A DNA stretch of 64,000 nt from Podarcis liolepis (taxonomy: Eukaryota). Position numbers and translations under genes: made by a program. The stretch lies in the NCBI GenBank assembly GCA_965112155.1, contig OZ218098.1, one strand, 5' to 3'. Under the pieces are notes generated by a model. The model made no database searches. It was not told the DNA's origin and was given only the letters and a program-made list of their open reading frames with translations. Shown in pieces: positions 37,964 to 50,601 of the stretch (position 1 is its first letter; each line of letters begins with the position of its first letter).

Positions 37964-38416
37964 GCATTAAGGAATGGGAGACAGACAGTTTTAACCCAAG
38001 AGGCACAATTAATTCTCTCCTGCATAAGCCTCACTGAAATGAGACCATATCAATGGAGAGAGTGAAAGAAAACATCCTGGCTGCTGGTTCCCCATCTTTA
38101 CCCATGGAATTTGGGCCTTTGGCCCCCAGGCACCAACATGTCTTAGGCAAGCCCTGATCTGATATAGTCCCTGGCAAAGCTGTCTTGCAGATCTCACGTT
38201 AAGTGGGCCCATCAGTAAAAACCACCAGACGATGAACAGATGCTGCACTTGGGCTGCACCTTTTAATTGGCAGAGCATCGGAAAAAATTAGCTGGCCAAC
38301 AGAAACCAATTTTAAATCTATGAACATTTTAAACAAGTGGGACTGTGAGTTAAGGGAATAGAACTTTGGGGCAATGTTGGCGTGCCATTCATTTGGCTAA
38401 TGTGTAACTAGCTTTA

Positions 38417-38439
38417 CACACACACACACACACACACAC
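38417..38439. repeat. (CA)n microsatellite
   Basis: acacacac run. Confidence 0.9.
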
Positions 38440-40883
38440 CTACCTTACACTTAACTTCACTATCTCATTAATGAACCTAGATTTGGCTTTGGGTAATACG
38501 CCTATTTATTTAATTTATATTTAATTTCTTACATGTATACCTCACGTTTCTTCTATTATGGAACCCAAGGCAGCATACATGCAGTCTGGCAGGAGGGACC
38601 CATCCAGGCACTGAGCAGAATCAGGCTTGTTTAACTTCAGCAAGGTTGTGGGCTCATATGCCTTCAGACCATACCTTGGGTCAACAGACAGATGATCAAT
38701 CAACTAATAATTCTTTTAATTTGGTGAACAACCCAACCGTGAGCAAAGCCCCTGGATTTAAATGGGTAAATGCTGTGGAATTAGTAGTTTCCAGTCATCA
38801 GAAAATGGGTACATGTACAGAGCTGTCAGAAATCTCCAAAAAGAACGGTAACATAGAAATTCCATTATCTAGACTTGGAGGCATCTTTCCCCATGCCCAT
38901 AAGTAGCTGAATCCAGTCTCTTTCTCCAGTGACTGGCAAGCATTAAAGGGAAGCAAGAGTTTCTCATGTGATTTTTTTCCAGCTTAGCATCCCGCTGTTC
39001 ACAAAGCTAATCCTTAAGCCCTCCAGTCTCCAATGCGCCTGCTGCATTCCTCAGAGACCCATGAGGCAATTACCAACCAGACAGAGGCTCCATTTAGGTT
39101 GAAGGGTCACTGGCTAAACCAAGTGGAAAACACATTCATGACTGTTCCCTGATCTTCCTCATTTCCCTGCTCACCGGAGTGCAAAGGCATCAACATCTGT
39201 ACCTTCCCATTAACACCGTGTGTCTAAAACAAACAAACAAAAAACCCTAGCCCAGACAGTCTCTCATGGGTTCCATGTCTTACTTGCATATATGTAAAAT
39301 GCAAGAAGACCAGACAGCCTTTGCCATTTGCCTGTTATGGAAGAGAGTGAGACAACACAGGCAACAAGGCACAAATTAGTTATTTATTTATTCATTTATT
39401 TTGCAAAGGAACAGGGAAAGCACCTGCTATAATCAGTGCATTAAGGGGAGAAGACATTGCTGTGTGTTTGCCTCCTTAAAACTTTTACAGAACCAACTCC
39501 AAGCACCACAGATCTGTTACCCAGCATTGCTTCAAAGGGTGGGTGGGGGAGCCCAGATTTTGTTGTAAAGAACATAAGCCTTGGGCTGATATGTGGAGAG
39601 AAGAAGAGAGGGTGCATGGGTGGAGTCTACCATATTCACAAACAACGATTCCCACACCCTAACATGCTATTGTGGTGCATATTCTTTGAGGGCCCCTATT
39701 TAAACAGAACTGTAGGGTTTATTTTCTATTATACAAGTTTGTGGGTTTGTGGACCAGGTTATGATTTCCTAGCACTTCACTCCCCGCGCATAGTCCTCAT
39801 TAGCAGCAGCCTCTAGGAACAAGGTGGCCATATCAAAGGCAGCTGCATTCACACTGTAATCTGGAAAAGCTTGTGCTTCCTTGAAAAGGGCTCCTCAGCA
39901 AGAAGATCGGGAAAGAAAGACAGGATTTCCCATCACAGACAATCTTTTGCTGTAACGTACATCTGTAGTGATGTGAAAGCCCTGAATATAGGAAGTTTAC
40001 AAACCACCATTCTAAGGTTGAGTTTAAAACCCAGTCACTCCCATCTTGCCCTGCATTCTCCCTGTTTTGTCGCTCTTTTTGATTTTATTATGTTTATATT
40101 CCACCTTTCTTCCGTCCAGGCACTGCTCAGAGCCAGACCTCTTTAGCTTCAGCCAAGTGGTGGTCTCATGCGGTGCCTTGGGGCCATATCCTGTGGACTA
40201 TGCAACTTCCATGGCAAGGACTTTGGAGACAGGAACCCCACTCCTAAGCTGTACTATACAAGACGGTTACCTGACCCCAACTCTTGGGACGGGGCTGACT
40301 TCAGTTCCAAAGTTCTAAAAGAGGTTTTTAGAAATGTAAGAGCAGTTAATTATAAAGCGGGTGACTCTTGGTGGGGAAGGGTGTCTCTCTTGGGGGAAAG
40401 GGTTTTGCCTTTTATAAAATAACAGTTGAGATTCTGTGGTATTTGACTGTGTAAACACAACCACATACTATCAGCGATAACTATGCTAAAGCAAGGGGAG
40501 TTATGCTACAAGCTGAAGGAATGCAACGTGTGTGAATAACTCCCAATTTTATTCAGGCTGCAAACTCCAAGGGATCAGGTTGAACTTTTGTAGCCTCATT
40601 AGTTTGCCCAGTAAGCTGTGGATTCCAAGGCAAATGAGAAGAGCTTCCCATATCTCTACTTCATGCTACAAAGCTTAATCTCTCACTGCCGGGAGATGCA
40701 TATTGTTAGTGTTTAGGTAACCAAAATGCCAGATTCCCAGGATGTGTATGGACATGCTGGCGAGGCCCCTCTGTCAGGTTCTAATCCCATAACTTTGTTC
40801 CAGGAGAAAGGCAATGCCCCATAGCTTGATCACTGCCCCACAACCTAACATCCTAGATAAGAACAGTGAAAAGCATTCACATA

Positions 40884-41038
40884 CAGTGGTACCTCAGGTT
40901 ACAGACGCTTCAGGTTACAGATGCTTCCAGTTACAGACTCCGCTAACCCAGAAATAGTACCTCGGGTTAAGAACCTTGTTTCAGGATGAGAACAGAAATT
41001 GTGCTCTGGCGGCGCGGCGGCAGCAGGAGGCCCCATTA
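40884..41038. mobile_element. Tigger-like MITE, left half only
   Basis: ta-cagtggtacctcaggttacagacgcttcagg...aggaggccccatta; same family as 35142 and 55157. Confidence 0.8.
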
Positions 41039-43099
41039 TTGCCTTTCCACCCCCATACACTGGAATCTCCCGCAAAAGGGCTGCCTTTCTCAAGAAGCCT
41101 ATTAGTGTGCACGTCAGGTGAACATTACTGGTGCATGCATCCACTCACTTTGCTGAACACAGTGCATATTCACGTTGTTTTTATTTATAACACATGTCCA
41201 CAAAAGGAAGGCAAATGGTCATGTAAACATTTAGGAAAAAGAGTTGCAAAAAGGCCATAAAGCCACTTGTGTGCTAATATTAATTATTCATATAGCTCCT
41301 GGGCAAGTGACAGAATAATGACTCCATGCCTGAGATTTGCATTAACAACAGCTGGAGGTTGTGCAGGAACCTTTCTTTAGTCATAGGACTAAAAAAAAAA
41401 AAGGCCTGGATTACTAGTCAGTCATCCATTCAGAGCTCTTGTGCCTATTGATGTACAGAACTTTTGATGAGTCTTTAGAGTTGGAGGAGGGAAGAGAAGG
41501 TGTGTAAGGTCTGTAGGCAAAGGAACTGCTCTCCATACCCTTTGTAAGGATTGCTCAATGAAAGGGACATGCAGCGTTGCTGTTCAAACAAATAATGAAG
41601 CCCATCACACGGCAGGGCATTGATTCACTGCGACACAACTGCAACCCCTTCCTATGGTGGACCCCCGCAGTGCCCAGTTGCAGAGGCCCCCAAATCCTCA
41701 CACATCCTAGAAACAAGACAAGCAACTTTGAGGAGCCTTTTAAGTGAGGCTGCCTGGATATAGGTCAGGTGCACTGAGCTGGGGTAGAAGCTCTAGAAAG
41801 CAGCAAGTGCCAGCATGACACCCAGTTTCATAATCCCTTCTCCTGCTGACATCATCATTGCTGGAGGGCACACCAACTGCTGAAACCCTGCTTTCTTGAT
41901 CTTTCCAATAAAACCACTGTGCCAGCTAGATGCAATAGAAATATCTGTGTCAGGAGAAGACTCACAGGTTGTGCACCCTTCACCATGTCTATGCAGATCT
42001 CGACCTAGAGGAAGGGGGATGAAAGAAAGCGATAGTTTGGGGGAAGGATATAAGGTACAAGGAAAATAAGAGAAGAAATTACAGAAGATAGGTAATATAT
42101 ATATTCACTGGAGATGCATGTAGAGGAAAGGAAAACAAAAGTAAAAGCTTTCATCAGCAATTGGGGAGGACATTACAATACTTCCAGAACCAATGTTTGT
42201 ACTTAGCTTGAGAAAAGTGAAGTGATGGGACACCTCTGCCACAAGGTAAAAGCTCAAGCAAAGAACTTCCAAATATGGCTTAGATCTCAGTAGAAAACGA
42301 TGCCAGTAATTGCCAGCGGATTAAGCCAAACTCTGCCTCCACCTGGCACCATGACTGGTTCTGCCCACCCTCCCTGCACCACCATTTTGTAGCTGGTGGG
42401 CCTCAGTGATTTTCAGCCGTCTCAAGTGGGCTTTAGAGTTGGAAATTTTGAGGACTGACCTCTGTTCTAGGAGACGCTGCCTTACACCAAACGGCTACAG
42501 GATCATACAAAACTGGCTAATTATGAAGACGACTGGAGGATATTCCTAATTCTTAGGAAAGGCTATAGTAGATCAGTAGCAGATCGCACACTTTGCATGT
42601 AACCCCTTCCCTGTCCATTCAATCATTTGAACCACCAGCTCAGGTTGATACAGCGCAGAGGCAGCGCTGATTAATATGGGCACCCCTGAACAGAGGCACC
42701 AATGGCCAGTCTTCCATGAACCACCCTTCGCTGTTATGCACACACGTCCCAATATCAAGTTTTATTTATTAAAAGCACGTTACCTAGCTATTGAGCGGAA
42801 ACAGCGCCTTAGATGTTACCAATAACAAGGCAACCCCTGCCCGTTCTACTCTAAAAGATGTGAGGTTGGGAAGAGGCAAGCAACGTCTGGCAGCAGCGAA
42901 GTTACAAAGTTCTTCCGATCAGCTTGAATGAGAAAGGGAGGGAAAGGAGGCGCCAGACAGCTGGTCTCTTTGAGGTAACCAAACATTAGGAGGTTCCCAG
43001 GAGGTGTACAGCCCTGCTGGTGGGTCCCTTTTTTGTTCAGTCCTGTTCGAAACCCGCCACACACGCACACATACCCATTCACAAAAGGGGTTTAGGAAA

Positions 43100-45480
43100 A
43101 GAGCGAAGACCTAACCTGCGCCGCCCACCTTCCGCCGCGGCTTGTGAGTGAGCGGGTCGCCAGAACCGCGCGGGCGCGACGTGCCCTTCACGGGCCAGTA
43201 AACTGAGCTGCTGGGAAAGAGGAACAAGTGAGCTATCGGGGGAACGAATGTCGCTGCTTGGGAGTTAAGGGAGTTTCAAGGGTCCTGGAAACCAGCTCAA
43301 AAAAGAGCGCACTTTCACTGGATGCTGGGATGCGGGGCGGGGGGGGGGGTCGAGTGTGTGGCTGTAGGTAGAATTCTGCACACCTCCGTAACTGCGCAAG
43401 CACACCGCCCCCACCCCAAACAACCCCACCGCGGTGCCGTGCGCTCTGCGCCCCGGGGCAATGCCTTTCGCAACCCTGATTACGCGCGAGGTAACAAGCA
43501 AGGACGCAGCGCGATCTCTCGCCGACGGGGAAGCTGGTGGGAGGCGCCACAAGGACCTCCGAGCCTCTGCATCTGGCCCGACGGTCCTCTCCCCTCCTCC
43601 ACTTTCCTTCCCACCTGCTGCAGGCGCTCCCAGCAAGCCCAGGTGTCCTTACCTGGCTCTTGTCCTTCGTCCGCCGCCTCCCCCCGGCCCTGAGCTTTAC
43701 GCGCAGCCCACAGGCAGCAGCGCCCTTTTCTACGCTTCCTCTGCCCTCTTTTCCTTGCTTGCACACGCCTCCCTTTGGGATCAGTCACTTTCCTCTCCCC
43801 TCTTTTGTTAATTCCCGGAGCCGGGGCCTCCCCTCCCCTCCCCGGAAGGCGAAGAACAAAAGGAAAGCCCACAAAAGAAAAAGAAAAAAGGTTACATTAA
43901 CTTTCTGCTCAGCCATCGCAAAGTCGCCCAGGGCAAAGGGGAAGCCGCCTGCTCCGCCTCCCCTCGCCCCCCCCTACCTTGACTCAGCCGAGCTGCCCCT
44001 TCCTCCCCTCCGGTAAGTTGAAGCAAGAAAAAACTCGCATCGCCACCGGAGGGCTCGAGAAAAGCGCCGCCACTGCTAGAAGTGCCAAAAATAAAGTAAA
44101 CACAGAGGGTCACCGCTGCCCACGTGAGAAGCGGCGCGGCGTCCCGGGAGCTCCGAGAAAAGAGCCTCGGCTGGGAGGAGGAGGAGGCGGCGAGCGAAAG
44201 TGGCGGCAATTAACTCCGCAGGCGCCGGGGCTGACCCCAACTCAGGACGCCGGGCAGCAGCAGCAGCAGCAGGGTCGAACCCGGATGTGGGAATCCTGCT
44301 GCTTGCGGGGGGAGGGGTGGGAAGCCCCCGGGACCTGAATCCGACAGTCAGCCGAGCCTGACCTGAAAATCCAACTCTCGGGTTAGTTCGTCCTATAAAG
44401 AATTAACACGGCGGGTCCCTGCCCTAGAATGACATGCTCGCTGCACTGCTTGAATGGCACCTGCTCATGCCCATCTAGTTTCCTCTTACTGTTTTTATAA
44501 CACGCACTCGTGCATGTTTACACAGAGGTAAGTCCCGCTGCATTCAATGGGGCTTACTTCCCTGTATTTACTAGGAATAAATCTCACTGGGATCAAGCCT
44601 TTGTTGTTGTTTTGTAACCCAGACCCTTGTTTTGTCGTGTCCTACTCTTCGTGACCCCATGGACCAGAGCACGCCAGGCAACTTTTGAGGAAAGATAGCT
44701 TGGAGTGAGCTTTATCTTTTTTAATAAAGAAAGACGGAACTCTTGAAACGCGGTTTCCCACAAGCATCTAGTTAGCCACTATGAGAACCAGATGCTGGAC
44801 TAAGGTGGGCCACCGGCTCTTCTGTTCTTACTATGCACGAAGATCTATGGCCGTGCAAAGAGAGAGATGCACCAAGTGTGCCTGTTTGCTCGCAGGCGAG
44901 GTTGGAGAGGCTTCTCCAAAAATAATCAGCTCCGGTCACCTTTTTTCTGTCCTGCTTGAAAATAAAAGCGTCCGGGGGATTCATCAAAGCCCCATCCACC
45001 CGAAAAGGTCTCGAAGAAACAGGAGCGGCTAAAGATGGAAGCGCGCTCTTCTTATCTAGGAGCCTCCGGCCGGGAGACTCAGAAACAACGCGCGCCGTGC
45101 CGAGGACCTGGAAGGAGCCCGGGCGACGGGCCTGCAGGAATGCCAACTATGCGGAGGCTGCCTGTACCTGCAGCTGCTCCCTTGCTGGTGGCCCCCGGCC
45201 CGCACGGGGAGGAAGAGAGAGAGAGAGATTCTCCTTCAGCATCCGCGAAGAAACGAGCAGCGCCCGAGAAAAACCATACCTGGGGCGGAGAGGGAAACCA
45301 GCTTCACCGCCTCCCTTCACGCCGCGGTACAAGCAAGTGCAGACCCGCCCGCACTCGCGGGCCGTCTGGGCCTTCGTACCAGCGAGACGCAGAGATGTCT
45401 GCCCCCAGGCTACCATTTATTTCCATTACAAAACTGCAACGACAACGAAGCTCTCGGGGAGTTTTTCCAGCTAGTTTGCA
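43100..45480. promoter_or_regulatory. Bipartite CpG island (~43.1-44.36 kb and ~44.9-45.48 kb), probable LARGE2 promoter and non-coding first exon(s)
   Basis: Dense CpG and GC boxes; minus-strand donors CAG|gtaagg (exon end 43653), AAG|gtaggg (~43978) and CAG|gtatgg (~45280); 9-11 kb upstream of the first coding exon. Confidence 0.75.
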
Positions 45481-47094
45481 GACCCACCCTTTACGGCTCT
45501 AAAGGGAGGTGGGGTGTTCATTGTACAAAGAAACTAATAACTCCTTTCCAGTTGTCACATTCCCAACAAACATGCATAGAAGAAGGGTACAGGTCTGGCC
45601 CTAGCCGAGGGTGTGAACAATCAGAGGGAAGATATTGCAAGCGGTAAAATGTATCTTCTAGTCAAACAGTTTTTGTATGTTGTGGGTAGAGGGGGGGAGA
45701 AGATGGACAAAGTTTCTTTTGTGGAATGCATGACTTCTACAGTACAGGCCATTTCTGAGTTTCCCCTCTCCAAGAAATGCAGCAAGAGGAGAGGGTGGAG
45801 AATGCTTTTAGGGAAAGGTCATTAAACGTGCAGCTCTGCTGGAGCCACACATTAGAGATCCGAAGACACCCGTAAGCGTGTGCGCGTGCACACACACACA
45901 CACACGCATAGTAATATGGTTTACACATGCATCCATAGGCACATAATTTAGTCCAGTAGTTGCAGAATCATGAATATGACTGACAGACGAAAACCCCTTG
46001 GCCAACTTTTTTAGGTCACAGAAATGTGCTCTCCCATGTACACTTGCAAAGTGAAGCAAAGCACCACATATGCACGCGCACACAGAGCTTTTGCACATTA
46101 ACAAGTACTTTTGCTCCTATCCATTACCACCACGTTTTGGAATGTTGCTGTCTATGTCAGGGCCTGTGCTAAGTTAACTCAAAGGCAGAAACAACCCTTA
46201 GGAAATGTAAGACAAGACCTTTCTGTGACGGGTTAGATTTTTTACTTCCCCTATGATCCTCTCTTGTGCCAGACAAAATAGTAGGCTGGCATAAATCACA
46301 CAAGGAAGAGGGAAATCAAGGGACCAGAGGTCTCCCAACTCCTGCACCTTCAGTTCAAAGGAATCCTTTTGTCCCAAGAGAAAATCCTTCTCAAACCTCA
46401 CCATATTAATTGGCTCCTTTTGTTATTCCTGGCTGGAATCTATCCTTCCTCAGCAGCTTCTTGCTTGCACTGGGCAAACATTGGCAGCAACAGGATGAGG
46501 AGCTTCCCAATAGTGGCATTCTTTGTTACCAACTTACTATTAGAAGGATGTAGATGAAACTGTTCACAGCATGTGACTGTTTTTGCTGCCCTACAGCCAA
46601 CAGCCCCTCACTTCACTTCATGGGCTCTTTATAGCATGCAGACACAAAAGGCAGGTAGCCTTAAAAAAAACACCTCAAATCTCTATTTGTTATTGATATT
46701 ATGCTACTTAGGTGGGGGGGTGCATGTGTGTGTGTGTACACACAGAAACACACACCCCACAGATCAGTTTTGGAGCATTTTTTTCTCATATCCTGAAAGT
46801 GTTTTGTTCATCCACACCAAATTACAGAGCCAGACATGTCTTGGGAGGCTGCCTTTTGCTCTTCCCTGTTCAATACTATACAAAGTGAACGCTTATTGGA
46901 AAACTGAGGCATTGAAATCATGCAGCAGTACAACACCACCCAGAAAACCTTCCCTATAAACTAACAGGATCAGGGCACATATCTCATGCCTAAATTCACA
47001 CCACTGCAAGTACCAAAAATTGAAGTAGCCCATCAATTGGCGGAGGGGCAGAATTTGCTTCTACAGTTCAAGTCTATTGCGCTAAGGCGAAGAA

Positions 47095-47515
47095 TACAAG
47101 ACGAGCCCTGCAGGAGCAGAGCAAAGGCCTATCTGGTCCAGCATTCTGTTGTCATAGTGGTCAGCCAATGCCTGTGGGACTGCTCCGGCGGGAAGGTAAA
47201 CGGTGTTTCCATGCGCTGCTCTGGTTTGCCAGAAGTGGCTTAGTCATGCTGGCCACATGACCCAGAAGCTGTACGCCGGCTCCCTCGGCCAATAAAGCAA
47301 GATGAGCGACGTAACCCCAGAGTCGTCCGCAACTGGACCTAATGGTCAGGGGTCCCTTTACCTTTTTAACGCTTGCAAGCAGGACATGAGAGTAATACTC
47401 CTCTCCCGCTCATGTTCCCCAAGAACTGGCAATCAGAGACATACTGCCTCTGACATTGGAGCTGATATATAGTCATTATGCCTGGTAACTATTGATAGCC
47501 TTATTCTCCATAAAC
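47095..47515 (-). mobile_element. CR1-type LINE 3' fragment (reverse), split by a Sauria SINE
   Basis: gagccctgcaggagcagagcaaaggcctatctggtccagcattctg...gcaagcaggac...catactgcctctgac...ttgatagccttattctccat resembles the reverse lizard CR1 3' end. Confidence 0.65.
47181..47365 (+). mobile_element. Sauria SINE, 5'-truncated (lacertid type)
   Basis: gggaaggtaaacggtgtttcc...gctggccacatgacc...ggacctaatggtcaggggtccctttacctt (Bov-B-related tail). Confidence 0.9.
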
Positions 47516-50470
47516 AGCAGAGTAGTTAAAAGCAACACATTTTGACTAATTTTGACTCCTGTATTTTTTGGAAGCTTAAAATAGCAGGACGATTGCTACT
47601 GACATCTACAGGTGCCAGCTTCTCAACTAGAAGCAGTAGGTGGAGGCAGGCAGCCTACCAGTTCCCTTCACCTTCATCCCTCCAAGGCAAGGAAAGAAGG
47701 TTGGCCAAGTGAGTAACTAGTGGAAAAAACAGGGGGAGGGAGGCACAGCAGCTGCTTTCTCTTTTAGAGCCTCCCTTAAAGAGACAGGCATAATTTCTGC
47801 TTTGAGCACCAAGCAACCTTAGCTTCTTAGACATATTTGCAGGGCACATGGAACACTTAGACTACAGTCATGACATCTAGAAACCACTTATTTTAAATAA
47901 TCACATGTGGACCACACTGTGTCTAAAGAAAAGTTGTCTAAGGAAAGGAGATGTAGACTTTAGCTTTTCAACAGGATGCTCCCATTTTTCTATACCTAGG
48001 CTTGCCCCCAACTCTGCTTGAAGGTCTAACATTTCCCTTCCCACATTCATCTTGGGACATCATGGCTGGCTGGGTTCCCATGCCATTTTATCTTGTGCTG
48101 CCTGGAGAGGATTGCAGTTCCTCCCGTTAATTTGCAGTGCTGTAATGGGATACGTTCCACAAGGGCAGTTCCTTCTACTTCCGTACTCTTAGAGAATGAA
48201 AAGAACAATCAGTACTGAGATTTTGCAAGTCTACTTGGAACTTGCACCCCTGTCTCTAAAATGCTTTCGGTCATGTAGACCTCCTCAATAAATGACTCCT
48301 CCTACATTCAGCTTCTGTGCTTACTCACACCATAATCATTCTTCCTGCATTTGGGCGGGGAGGGGGGCAGGGGGAGAGCACCTAGAATATGCATGCTCAT
48401 GACCTCAAATAGCTCAGAATATGCAGAGGCTAACTTTGTGCCTTGCAATTACGCAGCACACCAACAACATTCCAAAACGCCACTCCAGGTGGAAATTATG
48501 CACACATTTAGTGCTGTGGTTTGAAGGGCACAAACGATGGTTCGTAACAACCAGAACTGGTGACTGCTCCCGAAAATATAACACTGGAAATCACCTTGGA
48601 ATTTAACCTGCCCACAGAATCCCAAATTGTTAAAAGATATAACTGACATCATGATACGCGAGACAAAAGATGGATAACAGCCACAGTTGGCGTTCACATA
48701 TTTGCAAATGCACTGGCATGAATACACAATGCCAGCTGCCCACCCAGTGTCCTCTTTAGGCGGAGTTATTTCTGGCACTGTAGTAACAGTAGCAATACAC
48801 AAGTCTCCTGTCTGCCTAAGGAGAAGCAACCACACTAAAAATAGGGAAATCTCTATGATTGGGCATGAGGAAAGGTGGTTAAAGCTATCTGCATAGCTCT
48901 CCAGTACTTTGCTGGCCAAGACCATTGGCTGTTTCACCGACAGTGACAGATATGCACACTATATATAGGGGTAGGCACTGCAAGCCTCTAAGTGAACAGG
49001 GGAGAGGATTTGCAAAACCTGGGTCCTGCTAGACCAAGCGTGGCTTCCACGGCAGAAAACTGGAACAAAGAGCAGAAGTGCTTGGTAGAGACTGGGTTGC
49101 AGGAGGTGTGGTTTAAAATTTTAAGCTTCAAAATTCCTGATCCTGAACAGAGGTATGCACTCTTTATAGTAGCACCATGAGATCCACTCTCTCAACAGTA
49201 TATTGAGAAAGAGGCGCTGGGGTTTTCCTCCCTGCCCTCAATCAACTGGTATAAAAATATTATGAAATAAATAAAAATAAATTGTGCTTGAGGGGATTAG
49301 GCCAGGAACCAAATGTGGCCCTCCAGGACTCCGTATCAGGCTACACTTGGCCCTCATGAAGTTATTGGGTGTTTCTGCCTGGCTAGAATTGTCATTGAAC
49401 GCTGCTAATGCCTCTTATTTGCCTAGATGAAGGACAGAGCGTGTACATAGACACTAGCCTACTGCACAAAGGTAACGTCTGCACATTTGTTTTGCCCACT
49501 TTTGCTCTGGCCCACCCACTATTGGCAGGTCGCCTTCAGAAGGCTGCCCAGGTAGCCCACAGCCTGAAAAAGGCTCCCCAGCTCTGGATTAGACAAGTTA
49601 ATCCTACCATAAGAAACATCCCTGGAATCAGTGATAAAGAGATTCACAATGAAAATGCTTAGTACAGTAGTAGCTGAGACGAAGTTATACAACATCATAT
49701 TTTAAATATGTGTCTGGAGAAGCAGAGTTGTATTTCTATTGCACCTCTATCCAAAAGAGATCTGTAACTCTGACAAAAGAGCCACTAATAATCACATTTC
49801 CTGCTAGAAGCAAGATATAGCAAAGTATCAGATGAAGAATTATCTTAGTGCACGGGAGAAACAGTGACAAGTATTGCAACTGAGAATCTACAACCTTTTC
49901 TTAAAAGAACCCACTGAGTTCTGCAGTGTCTGGTTAGTTAGAAAGGAAGAGCAAATAGATTATAACAGGTTATGACATCGACCGATTTAAAATATATATA
50001 TTTATTTTAATGTATTTAAAATAAAGTATTGCATTAATGAATTTCATTGTTTATTGTTTGCTTACTTACATTTGAATGCATCCATGGATGGTTGATTAGA
50101 TTTTCAAATTGTAAGCCACCTTGAGGACTTTTGTCAAAGCAGAATATGAACTTAAAAGAATAATAAGAATAGCTCACAGTGACAAGTAGCCCACAAGAGG
50201 ACTAAGACTCACTCCATATTCATAATATTCATAATAAAAATGTTACAATTTTTCACAGGCTTCCTCATTCTATTGCATTGTTCTCAGAGTTTTTGCAAAA
50301 GTTGATGGGGTGTTGTTGGTTTTCCCCAAGGGGGTTGTTGGCAAGGAGAAGCTTAATGGCAGTGTTAGAGTAGTATGTGCAAGTTGGGGGCAGCAGATGC
50401 ATATGATTAGGGCAATATGACCCCAAACCACAAAGGAAAGGAGGAATTTAACAACCCAAAGGCAACCCAA

Positions 50471-50601
50471 ACACCATAAATTTAAGGCACATGTAAAAAA
50501 CTCTACCCCAAAGAATCCTGGGAATTGTAGCTCTGTGAGGGAGTAAGCTACAGTTCCCAGGATTCTTTGCGGTGGGGAAATGTGCTTTGAATGTATGGTG
50601 T
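50471..50601. mobile_element. Palindromic MITE-like hairpin repeat
   Basis: aagaatcctgggaattgtagct (50511-50532) / agctacagttcccaggattctt (50546-50567), plus outer arms acaccataaatttaaggcacat / atgtgctttgaatgtatggtgt. Confidence 0.7.

Noticed and set aside
43233-45502. Many overlapping 105-177 aa ORFs on both strands
   Set aside because: Expected stop-codon depletion in a CpG island; low-complexity R/P/G/A peptides with no recognisable domain
47655-47849. MSKKLRLLG resembling the PEX16 N-terminus (MEKLRLLG)
   Set aside because: Similarity ends after ~7 residues, it is on the wrong strand for the expected synteny, and no downstream PEX16 exons exist
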